NCBI GenBank assembly: GCA_016209705.1
Contig: JACQVR010000065.1
Coordinates: 965-64,964, forward strand
Source of the DNA: Planctomycetota bacterium
Lineage (GTDB): Bacteria; Planctomycetota; MHYJ01; JACPRB01
DNA length: 64,000 nt
Direction of reading: 5' to 3'
Shown: positions 45,787-55,105 of the stretch, piece by piece
How the letters are laid out: each line of letters begins with the position of its first letter
Position numbering within the stretch: position 1 is the stretch's first letter
Notes under the pieces: generated by a model
Seen by the model: only the letters and a program-made list of their open reading frames with translations
Databases searched by the model: none
Told to the model about the DNA's origin: nothing
Position numbers and translations under genes: made by a program

Positions 45787-46581
45787 ATGTTCACGCTCCT
45801 TCCGCTGAACCTTTTCATCATTCTGGCCACTTCCATCCAGGATTCTCAAGAAACCCTGCGCAAATTCGAAGAGGCGTCGGCCACCCCGCGCAGGGACGGG
45901 CAGGAAGAACGGCGCGACCCGCCGCGCAGCGATTCTTCCACGCGCCGGCCGGGCAACATTTTCGACGACCTGTTCCACGATGTCCTAGAAGCGACGATCT
46001 TGCACCCCTTCTTCGGCGGCCCGATCCGATATGACGTGTATCCCTACGCGCTGGAGAACGCTTATTTCCGCCGGGAAGGCATGGGGCGCGGCGACGCATA
46101 CGCGTTCGACGCGACCACTCGCTACGGGCGCGTCGAACATGACCTTCACCTGTTCGACGTCGCCGCCTCCCTTCGGCTTCCTTCCGGCGACGACGCGCGG
46201 TTCGAAGCCATGTATTACGTGGAGAAGACCGCCGATGGCATCGATACGCTGGCCTTTGAGCGGTTCGAGTTGAATTACGGATTCAGTGGCGCCCCTTCGT
46301 TGGTCCGTTTCTCAACCGGCTGGGGCGTCGCGTTCATGCAAGGCGAGCGGGTCTCCACCGCTCTGAGCCTGCAAGCCGGACTCGAGATCTATCCCGCCCC
46401 GCCCCTCAGCTTTCATGGCCGCGCCGGGATCATGTTCTTCGGCGGAAGCCGCGTGTGGGCTCTCGAGGTGTACGCCGCCTGGCATGTGGGGCGAATGGCT
46501 TTCACCTTCGGCGTCCATTCCTTGATCAACGACGCCGAGGATCTGACCGCCCCTACGTTGGGAATGGCGATGTGGTTCTAA
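45787..46581 (+). CDS. Hypothetical secreted/OM beta-barrel-like protein ending in F
   Basis: Signal MFTLLPLNLFIILATSIQDSQ; aromatic-rich alternating segments; C-terminal ...GMAMWF. Confidence 0.4.
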   Translation: MFTLLPLNLFIILATSIQDSQETLRKFEEASATPRRDGQEERRDPPRSDSSTRRPGNIFDDLFHDVLEATILHPFFGGPIRYDVYPYALENAYFRREGMGRGDAYAFDATTRYGRVEHDLHLFDVAASLRLPSGDDARFEAMYYVEKTADGIDTLAFERFELNYGFSGAPSLVRFSTGWGVAFMQGERVSTALSLQAGLEIYPAPPLSFHGRAGIMFFGGSRVWALEVYAAWHVGRMAFTFGVHSLINDAEDLTAPTLGMAMWF

Positions 46582-46797
46582 AATGTCACCTCAGCTGCAG
46601 ATCAACCACGAAGACACCAAGTCACCAGGAACCGCTTTGGGTAAGGGGCCTTCATCAACCTCTTTCCGAAGTTCGGACATCCTATCGAACCGAAGAGAGC
46701 TTGGCCGCCGATGTGATATGCAATCTAAATATAGTTTGGGCGTCCTTTCGGGCTGCTTGGTGGCTTTGTGTCTTGGTGGTTCACGAATAGGTCCACG

Positions 46798-48207
46798 TTA
46801 GACGATCCCGCACGCTGCTTCCGCGGGCTCGCGCAGCGTCTCCCTCAATCGCCGCAGTCCCTTCGTGAGTTGATCCTGGGTCCGAGGTTGTCCCAGGCAG
46901 ACGCGAATCGCGCTCTGGCAGGGAACCGGGCCCACCGCGAACGATTCCGCCGGTGAGACGGAGACGCCGTTGCGCCGGGCGCGGGCCGCGAACGCGTCGC
47001 CGCGCCACGGGTGGGGCAGCGGCAGCCAGAGATGGTAACTGGCGTCGCTTGCGCCGGAGGGGATGAACGTTCCCAGAATCTTCCGCGCCAGACCCATTCG
47101 CTCCGCCGCCTCTTTGCGGTGGCGGGTCACCAAGCGGGACGCGATGTCGCCGCAGATCCACGACGCCGCGATCTCCCCCATCAAAGGGGCCGCCATCCAG
47201 TTCGACATCCAGGCGCGCTCCGCCATGCGCTCCATCCCTTTGGGCGGCGCAAGCAGATACGCGATGCGCAGGCCCGGGGCGAGCAGCTTGGACGTGCCCG
47301 CGATGAAATAAGTCCGCTCCGGTGCGAATGAAGCGAGCGGCGGAGGCGCGCCTTCGAGCAGCGGGCCGTAGACGTCGTCCTCGACGATCGCAATCCCATA
47401 AGTGCGCGCCATGGCCGCAATCTCCCGCCGGCGCCGCTCGGGCATCACGATCCCGGTGGGATTCTGAAGGTTCGGCAGACAATAAAGCGTCTTGGCTTCT
47501 CCCTTGCGGCAGGCGGCTTCGAACGCATCCGGCCGTAACCCGTCACCGTCCATCGGGAGGCCGTGAAGGCGCAGATGGAGACGCCGCGCCAGGACCTTCA
47601 TTCCGCGATACGTGAGCGCCTCGGTCAGGACCGTGTCTCCAGGCCGCGTGATGGATCCGAATGCCACTTCCATCGCGTGCTGCGCGCCGGCGCAGATGAC
47701 GATCCGCTCGGGACGCGCGTCCAGGCCGAACCGGCGGATCCAGCGCGCGCCCGCAAGTCGGTGCGGCATGAATCCGGCGCGCGTCTGGTACTCCAGCAAC
47801 GGGCCCCAACGCTTCGAAGCGCGGAGCTTGCGAAACGATTCGTCCAGCGCGCGGCGGGCCTCGCCCTCCGCCAGAGGAGGCGGCCAGTTCTCGTCCATCG
47901 CGATTCCCGCCTCGCCGCGCTCCGGCTCCAAGGAAAGCGACGGCGTGTCCCCCGAGGAGCGGACGAACGTTCCGCGGCCGACCTCGCCGCCAATCAGGCC
48001 GCGCCGCTCCGCCTCCGCGTACGCGCGCGTCACCGTCCCGACGGTCACGCCCAATCGTTCGGCCAGCTCCCGGTGCGTGGGAAGCCGCGTTCCGGGCGCA
48101 AGCTTTCCTGCGTCGATGTCCGCCGCGAGCGTATCCGCGATCGACCGGTAGAGCGCGCCGGTCCGGTCCGTCAGCTTCGGGGTCCAGAGGGTCATGGCGA
48201 AATCCAT
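46798..48207 (-). CDS. MocR/GabR-family regulator (GntR HTH fused to PLP aminotransferase-like domain)
   Basis: Start MDFAMTLW; HTH LPTHRELAERLGVTVGTVTRAYAEAERRGLI; long class-I aminotransferase-like domain. Confidence 0.75.
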   Translation of the reverse strand: MDFAMTLWTPKLTDRTGALYRSIADTLAADIDAGKLAPGTRLPTHRELAERLGVTVGTVTRAYAEAERRGLIGGEVGRGTFVRSSGDTPSLSLEPERGEAGIAMDENWPPPLAEGEARRALDESFRKLRASKRWGPLLEYQTRAGFMPHRLAGARWIRRFGLDARPERIVICAGAQHAMEVAFGSITRPGDTVLTEALTYRGMKVLARRLHLRLHGLPMDGDGLRPDAFEAACRKGEAKTLYCLPNLQNPTGIVMPERRRREIAAMARTYGIAIVEDDVYGPLLEGAPPPLASFAPERTYFIAGTSKLLAPGLRIAYLLAPPKGMERMAERAWMSNWMAAPLMGEIAASWICGDIASRLVTRHRKEAAERMGLARKILGTFIPSGASDASYHLWLPLPHPWRGDAFAARARRNGVSVSPAESFAVGPVPCQSAIRVCLGQPRTQDQLTKGLRRLRETLREPAEAACGIV

Positions 48208-48221
48208 TGACGAGCGCCTTG

Positions 48222-48264
48222 AATAATTGTATCCATTATATGCTAATAATTGTATGGATACAAT
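48222..48264. promoter_or_regulatory. Candidate MocR operator: inverted repeat ATTGTATCCAT-N17-ATGGATACAAT plus direct repeat AATAATTGTAT x2, in divergent intergenic region
   Basis: Read directly: gaataattgtatccattatatgctaataattgtatggatacaat. Confidence 0.55.
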
Positions 48265-49615
48265 AAAAACGAGCGCGCCGGCCGGCCGCTCGTTGACCCT
48301 CGGGCGCGTCTTCTGGTTCTGGCTGCCCTTGGGCTCCATGTGGCTCCTCATGAACGTGGAGCAGCCTCTCTGCGCCGCCGTCGTCGCCCGCCTGCCCGAC
48401 GCCGTGCGCAGCCTGGCGGCGTTCGGCCTGGCGTTCTCCCTCGCGGTGTTTCTGGAGAGTCCCATCGTCTCGCTCCTGACGGCCGGCAACGCCTTGGCGG
48501 TGAACCGCGCTTCGTATGCCCGCCTTCTCGGCTTCACGCACGCCATGAACGCGGTCTTGTTCGGACTTCACCTCACGATCGGATTGACGCCCATGTATCA
48601 GACGATCGTGTGCGGGTGGATCGGAGCGCCGGAGTCCCTCCTCCCGATCAGTCGAACGGCGTTTCTGTTGATGGCGCCATGTACGCCGCTGGTTGCCTAC
48701 CGGCGTCTCTGGCAGGGAGTGCTGATCCGGCATCATCGGCCGGGGAAAGTGGCGGCGGTCATGGTCGTGCGGCTGGCCGCCATGCTGCTGGCGCTGGTCG
48801 CCGGCTTGCTATGGGGCCGCTGGCCGGGCGCTTACGTCGGCACCGCCGCCATCAGCGTCGGCGTCGCCGCCGGCGCGCTGGCGGCCTGGATCTTCGCTCG
48901 GCCCTACCTTTCGAGCGGCGGGTCGGGGCGTTCCCTCTCCTGGAATCGCCTGCTTTCCTTTTATACTCCCTTGGGGTTGACGGGGGTCATCCATCAATCG
49001 GTGGAGCCGATCCTTTTCACCGCGATGAGCCATGCGGCGCTCCCCTTGGAGTCGCTGGCGACTTGGCCGGTGATGATCGGTCTGGTGGGCATCCTGATCG
49101 GCATGGGGCGCGCCCAGCAGGAAATCACCGTGGCGCTGTTGAACGACAGGTCTTCCTTCATTCAACTGCGGCGTTTTTCATCATGGCTGGCTTTTTCGAT
49201 GACGTGTTTCATGGCCATGGTGGCGCTCACGCCGGTGGGGTCGCTGTGGTTTGAGACTTTTAGCGGATTGAAGCCGGAACTGGCGCGGCTGGCCGAGTGG
49301 CCGGCGATCCTCTTCGCGATCGTGCCGGGGCTGGCCGTCTTCCGCTCATGGTGGCGGGGCGTCCTGATCCAGCGGCATCGGACGACTCCGGTCGGCATCG
49401 GGACGGCGCTCAATGTCGCGGTGCTCTTGATCTTTTCGTGGGCGGGCGTCGCGTGGAATGGGGCGCCTGGAATCGTCGTGGCCGCCGCGGCGTATGCCTT
49501 TTCGGTCGGGGCTGAATGCCTTTATTTGGGATGGCAGAGCCGCCTCGCCATGGCCGGCGCCGAAGGGCGGATCGAAATCGATGGCGCGACGATGCTGAAA
49601 GAGGAAGTGGTGTAA
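48254..49615 (+). CDS. Polytopic (~12 TM) membrane transporter-like protein (MATE/MOP-superfamily-like), divergent from MocR
   Basis: ATG 48254 inside operator arm; hydrophobic throughout; family assignment uncertain. Confidence 0.4.
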   Translation: MDTIKTSAPAGRSLTLGRVFWFWLPLGSMWLLMNVEQPLCAAVVARLPDAVRSLAAFGLAFSLAVFLESPIVSLLTAGNALAVNRASYARLLGFTHAMNAVLFGLHLTIGLTPMYQTIVCGWIGAPESLLPISRTAFLLMAPCTPLVAYRRLWQGVLIRHHRPGKVAAVMVVRLAAMLLALVAGLLWGRWPGAYVGTAAISVGVAAGALAAWIFARPYLSSGGSGRSLSWNRLLSFYTPLGLTGVIHQSVEPILFTAMSHAALPLESLATWPVMIGLVGILIGMGRAQQEITVALLNDRSSFIQLRRFSSWLAFSMTCFMAMVALTPVGSLWFETFSGLKPELARLAEWPAILFAIVPGLAVFRSWWRGVLIQRHRTTPVGIGTALNVAVLLIFSWAGVAWNGAPGIVVAAAAYAFSVGAECLYLGWQSRLAMAGAEGRIEIDGATMLKEEVV

Positions 49616-49624
49616 AGTGTTTGG

Positions 49625-49695
49625 CTCGTAGCTGGTAGCTCGTGGCTGGAAGCAGCTACAAGCTACAGGCTGCCAGCTATCAGCTTTCAGGGGAT
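49625..49695. repeat. Inverted array of tandem TAGCTGG-type units (gtagctggtagctcgtggctgg ... cagctacaagctacaggctgccagctatcagc)
   Basis: Read directly. Confidence 0.55.
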
Positions 49696-49731
49696 TCGGA
49701 CGCGGCGGATTTGCAACAGAGTGTGAGCGGC

Positions 49732-50313
49732 ATGAAATATTTGCTTCGCGTGGCGGCGGAACAAGATGCGGCGCAGATCCAGTCGATCTACGCGCCGGTC
49801 GTTCGCGATACGGCTATCTCGTTCGAAATCGTTCCGCCTTCCGCGGAGGAAATGGCGGGGCGAATGGCCAAGATTTCCCAGAAATACCCGTGGCTGGTCT
49901 GCGAAGATCAAGGGGAGATCCTCGGTTATGCGTACGCCGGCCCGCACCGCGAACGGGTGGCGTACCAATGGTCGGCGGAGGTGTCGGCTTATATTCGCGA
50001 AGGGATGCGGCGTCGGGGAATCGGACGGACCTTGTACGCGGCGCTCTTTCGGATCCTGGTGCTTCAAGGATACGTCAACGCCTACGCCGGCATCACGCTC
50101 CCGAATCCGGCGAGCGTGGGACTGCACGAAGCGTTCGGCTTCCGGCCGGTAGGAGTGTACCGAGGCATCGGTTACAAGTTCGGGGCGTGGCATGACGTTG
50201 GCTGGTGGCACTTTCCGCTTCAGCCGCCCCCGCGCGATCCGCGGCCGCCGGTTCCTTTTCCGCGGATTCGGGATTCCTCTGAGTGCGGCGCGGCGCTGGG
50301 GACATCACAATAG
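49732..50313 (+). CDS. GNAT N-acetyltransferase of the phosphinothricin acetyltransferase (PAT/ArsN1-like) family
   Basis: IQSIYAPVVRDTAISFE..PWLVCEDQGEILGYAYAGPHRERVAYQWSAEVSAYI..RRGIGRTLY..GFRPVGVYRGIGYKFGAWHDV pattern. Confidence 0.7.
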   Translation: MKYLLRVAAEQDAAQIQSIYAPVVRDTAISFEIVPPSAEEMAGRMAKISQKYPWLVCEDQGEILGYAYAGPHRERVAYQWSAEVSAYIREGMRRRGIGRTLYAALFRILVLQGYVNAYAGITLPNPASVGLHEAFGFRPVGVYRGIGYKFGAWHDVGWWHFPLQPPPRDPRPPVPFPRIRDSSECGAALGTSQ

Positions 50314-50326
50314 AAAGGAGAGAATT

Positions 50327-50806
50327 ATGGATCGAGGCGAGCATCTGCGGAAGTTGGCGGACACGATGGAGCGCACGCAGGCTGCTTTCGACGCGGGACC
50401 GGCCACGTTGGCCCGATCATACGGGCCGGGGAAATGGACGGCGAAGGAAATCCTCGGCCACGTGACCGATCACGAGCTGATCACGCTGACTCGGTTGCAT
50501 TTCATTCTGGCGGAGGACCATCCTCCGATTCCGCCTTACACGGCGGACCTCTGGCCGGCGCGGTTGCGATACAAGGATCAGGACGCAAACCTGCTCAAGC
50601 AGCTCTACGTGGCGGCGCGGCAAAACCTGATGCGGCTCGTCGAGACGATGACCGAAGCCGAGTTCGCTCGCACCGGCCGCCATCCGGAATACGACGCTTA
50701 CACGGCGGAGATGCTGATTCAGAAAGTCGCCGACCATAATGCGCATCACCTGACGCAGATCCAAGCCATCCGGGAGGGACGGACGTGGGAGCCTCCACGC
50801 GCGTGA
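50327..50806 (+). CDS. DinB/YfiT-like (DinB_2) metal-dependent hydrolase family protein
   Basis: ATG 50327 with aaaggagag RBS; conserved His pattern HVTDHE ... ADHNAHH. Confidence 0.6.
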   Translation: MDRGEHLRKLADTMERTQAAFDAGPATLARSYGPGKWTAKEILGHVTDHELITLTRLHFILAEDHPPIPPYTADLWPARLRYKDQDANLLKQLYVAARQNLMRLVETMTEAEFARTGRHPEYDAYTAEMLIQKVADHNAHHLTQIQAIREGRTWEPPRA

Positions 50807-50871
50807 TGGAATTTGACATCGGTGGCCGAAAACGGCGAGTCTTCTCCACGGGCTCCAGGTACATTGACGCG

Positions 50872-52335
50872 ATGAATCCGACCGCCGCGCTCGATCCCGA
50901 GCGCTGCTACCGCGCGCTCGCGTCCCGCGACGCCCGCTTCGACGGCGTCTTCTTCGTCGGCGTCACCACGACCGGCGTTTACTGCCGGCCGGTGTGCCGC
51001 GCCAGGCTGCCGAAGCGCGCCAACTGCGTCTTTTTCGCCAGCGCCACGGCGGCCGAGCGGGAAGGGTTCCGGCCCTGCCTGCGATGCCGGCCCGAACTCG
51101 CGCCGGGGCGCGCCCCTGTGGACGCCGCGAGTCGACTCGCGGGCGCCGTGGCGGCGCGCATCGCCGCCGGAGGCTTCAACGGAACGTGGGTTCGCGACGC
51201 GGCACGGGGGCTCTCCGTCAGCGAACGCCGGTTTCGCCGCATGGTCAAACGCACCTTGGGCGTGGGGCCTTCCCGCCTGGCCCAGACGCACCGCCTCCTC
51301 CTGGCCAAGCGGCTGCTCACGGATTCGTCGCTGCCGATCACGTCGATCGCCTTCGCCAGCGGGTTTTCGAGCCTGCGCCGTTTCAATGCGCTTTTTCGCG
51401 AAAGGTACCGGCTTCACCCCGGCGCGCTCCGCAAATCGGCCGCCGGACGCGAACGTCAAGGCGAGAAGCTTATCTTCACGTTGTCCTACCGGCCGCCAAT
51501 GGCGTGGGATCGCCTTCTGGCGTTTCTCGCCGCCCGCGCCACGCCGGGTGTCGAGGTCGTGGAGGCGGGAAAGTACCAACGGACCGTCTCTCTGAATAAT
51601 CATCGCGGTTGGATTTCCGTCGGCCCGGACGAAACGCTTCACAACCTCCGCGTTGAAATGACTCCATCTTTGCTGCCCGTCCTGGGGTCGCTGCTTCTGA
51701 AACTCCGCCGCCTGTTCGATCTCGATGCGGAACCGAACCTGATCGAGGCGCATCTGACCGGCGATCCGCGGCTCCGTTCGCTCGTGCGGCGGCAGACGGG
51801 ATTGCGGATTCCCGGCGCCATGGATGGTTTCGAGCTCGCCGTGCGCGCCGTTCTCGGGCAGCAAGTGACGGTCAGCGCGGCGACGACGTTGGCCGGCCGG
51901 ATCGCCGCGGCGTGGAACGCGCCCGCCGAGACGGGACATCCTTCGCTGACGCGGTATGGCTTCGACGCGGCGCGTCTGTCATCGGTTCGCCCCGCGCGAC
52001 TATCCGCCATCGGCCTGCCCATGAAGCGCGCCGAGGCGATCGTGCGGCTGGCACGTGCGGTCGCGGAACGGGAGCTCGATCTCGGCGCCGGGGCGGAGTC
52101 CACGATTGAGCGGCTTCAGGATCTGCCCGGCATCGGCGCGTGGACGGCCCAGTACATCGCGCTTCGAGCGCTTCATTGGCCGGACGCCTTTCCCCATTCC
52201 GACCTGGCTTTGCGCAAGGCGCTGGGCGGCGCGTCGCCGCGGGACGTCCTGGCGGCGGGCGAGCGCTGGCGTCCCTGGCGCGGCTATGCGGTGATGCATC
52301 TGTGGAGTCCACAGTCCATAGTCCAGAGTCCGTAG
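50872..52335 (+). CDS. Ada-type regulatory protein fused to DNA-3-methyladenine glycosylase II (Ada_Zn + AraC HTH + AlkA HhH-GPD)
   Basis: YCRPVCRARLPKRANCVFFASATAAEREGFRPCLRCRP zinc motif; AraC HTH SLPITSIAFASGFSSLRRFNALFRERY; HhH LQDLPGIGAWTAQYIALRAL. Confidence 0.75.
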   Translation: MNPTAALDPERCYRALASRDARFDGVFFVGVTTTGVYCRPVCRARLPKRANCVFFASATAAEREGFRPCLRCRPELAPGRAPVDAASRLAGAVAARIAAGGFNGTWVRDAARGLSVSERRFRRMVKRTLGVGPSRLAQTHRLLLAKRLLTDSSLPITSIAFASGFSSLRRFNALFRERYRLHPGALRKSAAGRERQGEKLIFTLSYRPPMAWDRLLAFLAARATPGVEVVEAGKYQRTVSLNNHRGWISVGPDETLHNLRVEMTPSLLPVLGSLLLKLRRLFDLDAEPNLIEAHLTGDPRLRSLVRRQTGLRIPGAMDGFELAVRAVLGQQVTVSAATTLAGRIAAAWNAPAETGHPSLTRYGFDAARLSSVRPARLSAIGLPMKRAEAIVRLARAVAERELDLGAGAESTIERLQDLPGIGAWTAQYIALRALHWPDAFPHSDLALRKALGGASPRDVLAAGERWRPWRGYAVMHLWSPQSIVQSP

Positions 52336-52420
52336 TCGTACTCCCCCATCCTCGCCCCCGGGGGCTGCGGGGGGAGGAGACTATGGACTGTGGACTCTGG
52401 ACTATGGACTTACAGCGTGG
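52305..52420. repeat. Long imperfect inverted repeat made of tandem 9-mers (AGTCCACAG/AGTCCATAG/AGTCCAGAG ... GACTATGGA/GACTGTGGA/GACTCTGGA) flanking a C5-G5/G6 GC stem, spanning the alkA 3' end and the alkA-ogt spacer
   Basis: Read directly: agtccacagtccatagtccagagtccgtagtc...cccccgggggctgcgggggg...gactatggactgtggactctggactatggact. Confidence 0.65.
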
Positions 52421-52482
52421 CGAAAACCAGCGTAGGAAACGTTGGGATGCGGCTTTGCCGCGCTGAGGCCGGGAGGAACTCC

Positions 52483-52980
52483 ATGAACGGAAGTGAGCGC
52501 TTCTTCAGCGTGCTCGGAAGCCCGATCGGCGACTTGACGCTCGTGGCGGATGATCATGCCTTGCTTGAAGTCAGCATGGAACACCCGTCGGCGCGCTCCG
52601 GCGCGGGCTTGCGGCGCGACGACCGTCGGCTGGCGGAGGCGCGCCGGCAGCTTCGCGCCTACTTCGCCGGCGAGTTGAGAGAGTTCCGGTTGTCGCTCGC
52701 GCTTCAGGGGACGCCGTTTCAGAGGCGCGTCTGGGCCGGGCTACAAACGATACCCTACGGCGAGACGATCAGCTATGCCGAGCTGGCGCGGCGGATCGGC
52801 CGGCCGAAAGCCGGCCGCGCGGTCGGCGGGGCGAATCACCGCAATCCGATCGCGATCATCGTGCCGTGCCATCGCGTTATCGGCGCGGATGGGACATTGG
52901 TCGGTTACGGCGGCGGCCTCGAGCGGAAGAAAACGCTGCTCGCGCTCGAAGCCCGCGTCGCGGCGCTCCTGAAAACGTAA
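52483..52980 (+). CDS. ogt: Methylated-DNA-protein-cysteine methyltransferase (Ogt/MGMT)
   Basis: Active-site PCHRV; HTH-like GETISYAELARRIG; RBS gggagga. Confidence 0.85.
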   Translation: MNGSERFFSVLGSPIGDLTLVADDHALLEVSMEHPSARSGAGLRRDDRRLAEARRQLRAYFAGELREFRLSLALQGTPFQRRVWAGLQTIPYGETISYAELARRIGRPKAGRAVGGANHRNPIAIIVPCHRVIGADGTLVGYGGGLERKKTLLALEARVAALLKT

Positions 52981-53020
52981 CCCGACCTATTTGTGAACTA
53001 TTCGGGTTAAGGGTTGAACC

Positions 53021-54448
53021 ATGCTCCTTCTTGAACCCGGGCTTCGCCGCGATCTCTGGCAGGCCGTCGGAGAGGTCATCGAAAACTACGTGGAAAGCGT
53101 CTCCACGGATCGAGTCGCTCCGCCGCTCGATCCGGACCGCTTACGCTCCCTGCTCGCGCGGTTTGACTTCAACAGTCCCACGGAGCCGCGCGAGGCGATC
53201 GAATTCGCCGCCCGAAATCTGCGGGACCATCAGGTGCACGTGCCGCATCCGCGCTACTTCGGCATGTTCAATCCGGCGCCGGCCACGATGGGCATCCTGG
53301 GCGACGCGCTGGCCGCGGCATTCAACCCTCAACTGGCGGTGTGGAGTCACAATCCCTTCGCCGTCGAAGTGGAGCGTCACCTCGTGCGCGCGTTCGCGGG
53401 AAAGTTCGGCTGCGACCCCGATGGGGTGGAAGGCACGCTCTGCGCGGGCGGCATGGAGGCCAACCATACCGCCGTGCTGACCGCGTTGACGCGGGCCTAT
53501 CCGCGTTTCACGGAGGAGGGGGTCCGGAGCCTGGACGCCGAGCCCGTGCTGTACGTGACGCGGGAGTCCCACGACTCGTTCAAGAAAGCCGCGCGCTTGT
53601 GCGGTCTGGGAACGCGGGCCGCCGTACCCGTGCCCACGGACCGCGCCGGACGCATGGATCCGGCGGCGCTCCACGATCTGATCCGGCGTGACCGCGCCGA
53701 GGGGCGCAACCCATTCATGGTTGTCGCGACGATCGGCACCACCGCCGGCGGCTTCGTGGATCCGTTGGAGGCGATCGTCGATATCGCGGCGCGCGCAGGG
53801 CTCTGGTGCCATACCGACGCCGCGTGGGGCGGCGCCGCGGCGCTCGTGCCCGAGCTGCGGCATCTCGTGCGCGGCATCGAGCGCGCGGACTCGGTCACGT
53901 TCGACGCGCATAAATGGTTTTCCGTGCCGATGGGGGCGGGCATCTATTTCACGCGCCATGCGGGCCTTCTCGAAAAGACGTTTCGCGTCGGCGACAGTTA
54001 TATGCCTCGGGATGCGCGTCACTTGGACGTGACCGATCCTTACGCGGCCTCGATGCAATGGTCGCGCCGGTTCATCGGACTGAAGATCTTTCTCCCGCTC
54101 GCGGCGGCGGGCTGGAGCGGCTACGAGGAAACCATTCGTCACATGACCGCCATGGGCGCGCTGATGAAGGACAAGCTGGAAGGGTCCGGGTGGGAGCTCG
54201 TCAACGAATCGCCCTTGCCGCTGGCGTGTTTTTTCGATGCCACGCGTCCCGACGGGCGCTCCGCGGAATATCTCCAGGCCGTCTGTGATCGCGTGCTCGC
54301 TTCGGGCCAGGCGTGGATTTCGATGCCTCGAATCCTCGGCGGCCAACCGGCGCTGCGCGCGTGCATCTGCAATTACCGGACGGAGCCGGGAGACATCGAA
54401 TTCCTTGTGAGCGTTCTCGATCAGGCGCGGCGGGCCGTCGCCACATGA
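53021..54448 (+). CDS. PLP-dependent group II amino-acid decarboxylase family protein
   Basis: Conserved lysine motif SVTFDAHKWFSVPMGAGIYF. Confidence 0.7.
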   Translation: MLLLEPGLRRDLWQAVGEVIENYVESVSTDRVAPPLDPDRLRSLLARFDFNSPTEPREAIEFAARNLRDHQVHVPHPRYFGMFNPAPATMGILGDALAAAFNPQLAVWSHNPFAVEVERHLVRAFAGKFGCDPDGVEGTLCAGGMEANHTAVLTALTRAYPRFTEEGVRSLDAEPVLYVTRESHDSFKKAARLCGLGTRAAVPVPTDRAGRMDPAALHDLIRRDRAEGRNPFMVVATIGTTAGGFVDPLEAIVDIAARAGLWCHTDAAWGGAAALVPELRHLVRGIERADSVTFDAHKWFSVPMGAGIYFTRHAGLLEKTFRVGDSYMPRDARHLDVTDPYAASMQWSRRFIGLKIFLPLAAAGWSGYEETIRHMTAMGALMKDKLEGSGWELVNESPLPLACFFDATRPDGRSAEYLQAVCDRVLASGQAWISMPRILGGQPALRACICNYRTEPGDIEFLVSVLDQARRAVAT

Positions 54449-54466
54449 TGAGGGACAATCATCCTT

Positions 54467-54679
54467 TCAGCGCGTGAACGAACTGTTCGACCGTTGATCC
54501 TGCTCTCCTTCAAGCCATGCTTGGATCGCTTCTCGGATGTTCTGAAGGGCTTCGCGGCGGGTGCGTCCCTGGCTGATGCAGCCGGGAAGCGTCAAGCATT
54601 CGACGGTCCACCAGCCATCCGGATTTGTCGCCAGTTTTACGTCGAATTCGATCTCTGGAACGACGACTCGCGCAACCAT
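54467..54679 (-). CDS. hicB: HicB/UPF0150-family antitoxin-like protein
   Basis: VVVPEIEFDVKLATNPDGWWTVECLTLPGCISQGRTRREALQNIREAIQAWLE. Confidence 0.55.
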   Translation of the reverse strand: MVARVVVPEIEFDVKLATNPDGWWTVECLTLPGCISQGRTRREALQNIREAIQAWLEGEQDQRSNSSFTR

Positions 54680-54737
54680 TATTGGGATTCTACCGGGGTC
54701 GAGCGAAATTGTCGAATCGAGAAGAAAGATGGACGTT

Positions 54738-55055
54738 TCAAGCTCGTCCTGATCTTCCCCAAATCCGCATCAGTGTTTGGGCATTTGCAGGCGCGCGGGC
54801 GCCCACGTCGTTGTTGAAGTAGAGCCACGCTTCGCGCGCGCCGGACGTTCGAATGCGCCGCGCCCACGCCTTGAGCTCGGCGTCCGAATAGTCGTGATGG
54901 TACCAGCGATGAACCCCATGAAAGCGCACGTATACGGTCCGGAATATTTTGGCGTAGCGCTCCTCGAACCACCGCGCCGTCGGTAGACCCTCCGGGTAAA
55001 AATACCCCTTCCAGCTCCGGTACAGCCATCCCGTGCAGCCGATCCAAGCCTTCAT
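54738..55055 (-). pseudogene. Internally deleted DUF72 (YecE-like) remnant: N-terminal and C-terminal blocks joined, ~100 aa instead of ~250
   Basis: IGCTGWLYRSWKGYFYPEGLP (DUF72 N-term) directly followed by FHGVHRWYHHDYSDAELKAWARRI...AWLYFNND (DUF72 C-term). Confidence 0.4.
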
Positions 55056-55105
55056 GGGCACTCTCATTTCAAGTCCAGGCGCCGGCCTCTTGAGCGGAAG
55101 CCGCT

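Noticed and set aside
46600-46700. Possible tRNA suggested by a GGTTCGAT-like string on the minus strand
   Set aside because: Only a simple GTTCG/CGAAC hairpin; no acceptor stem, D-arm or anticodon arm could be built by hand.
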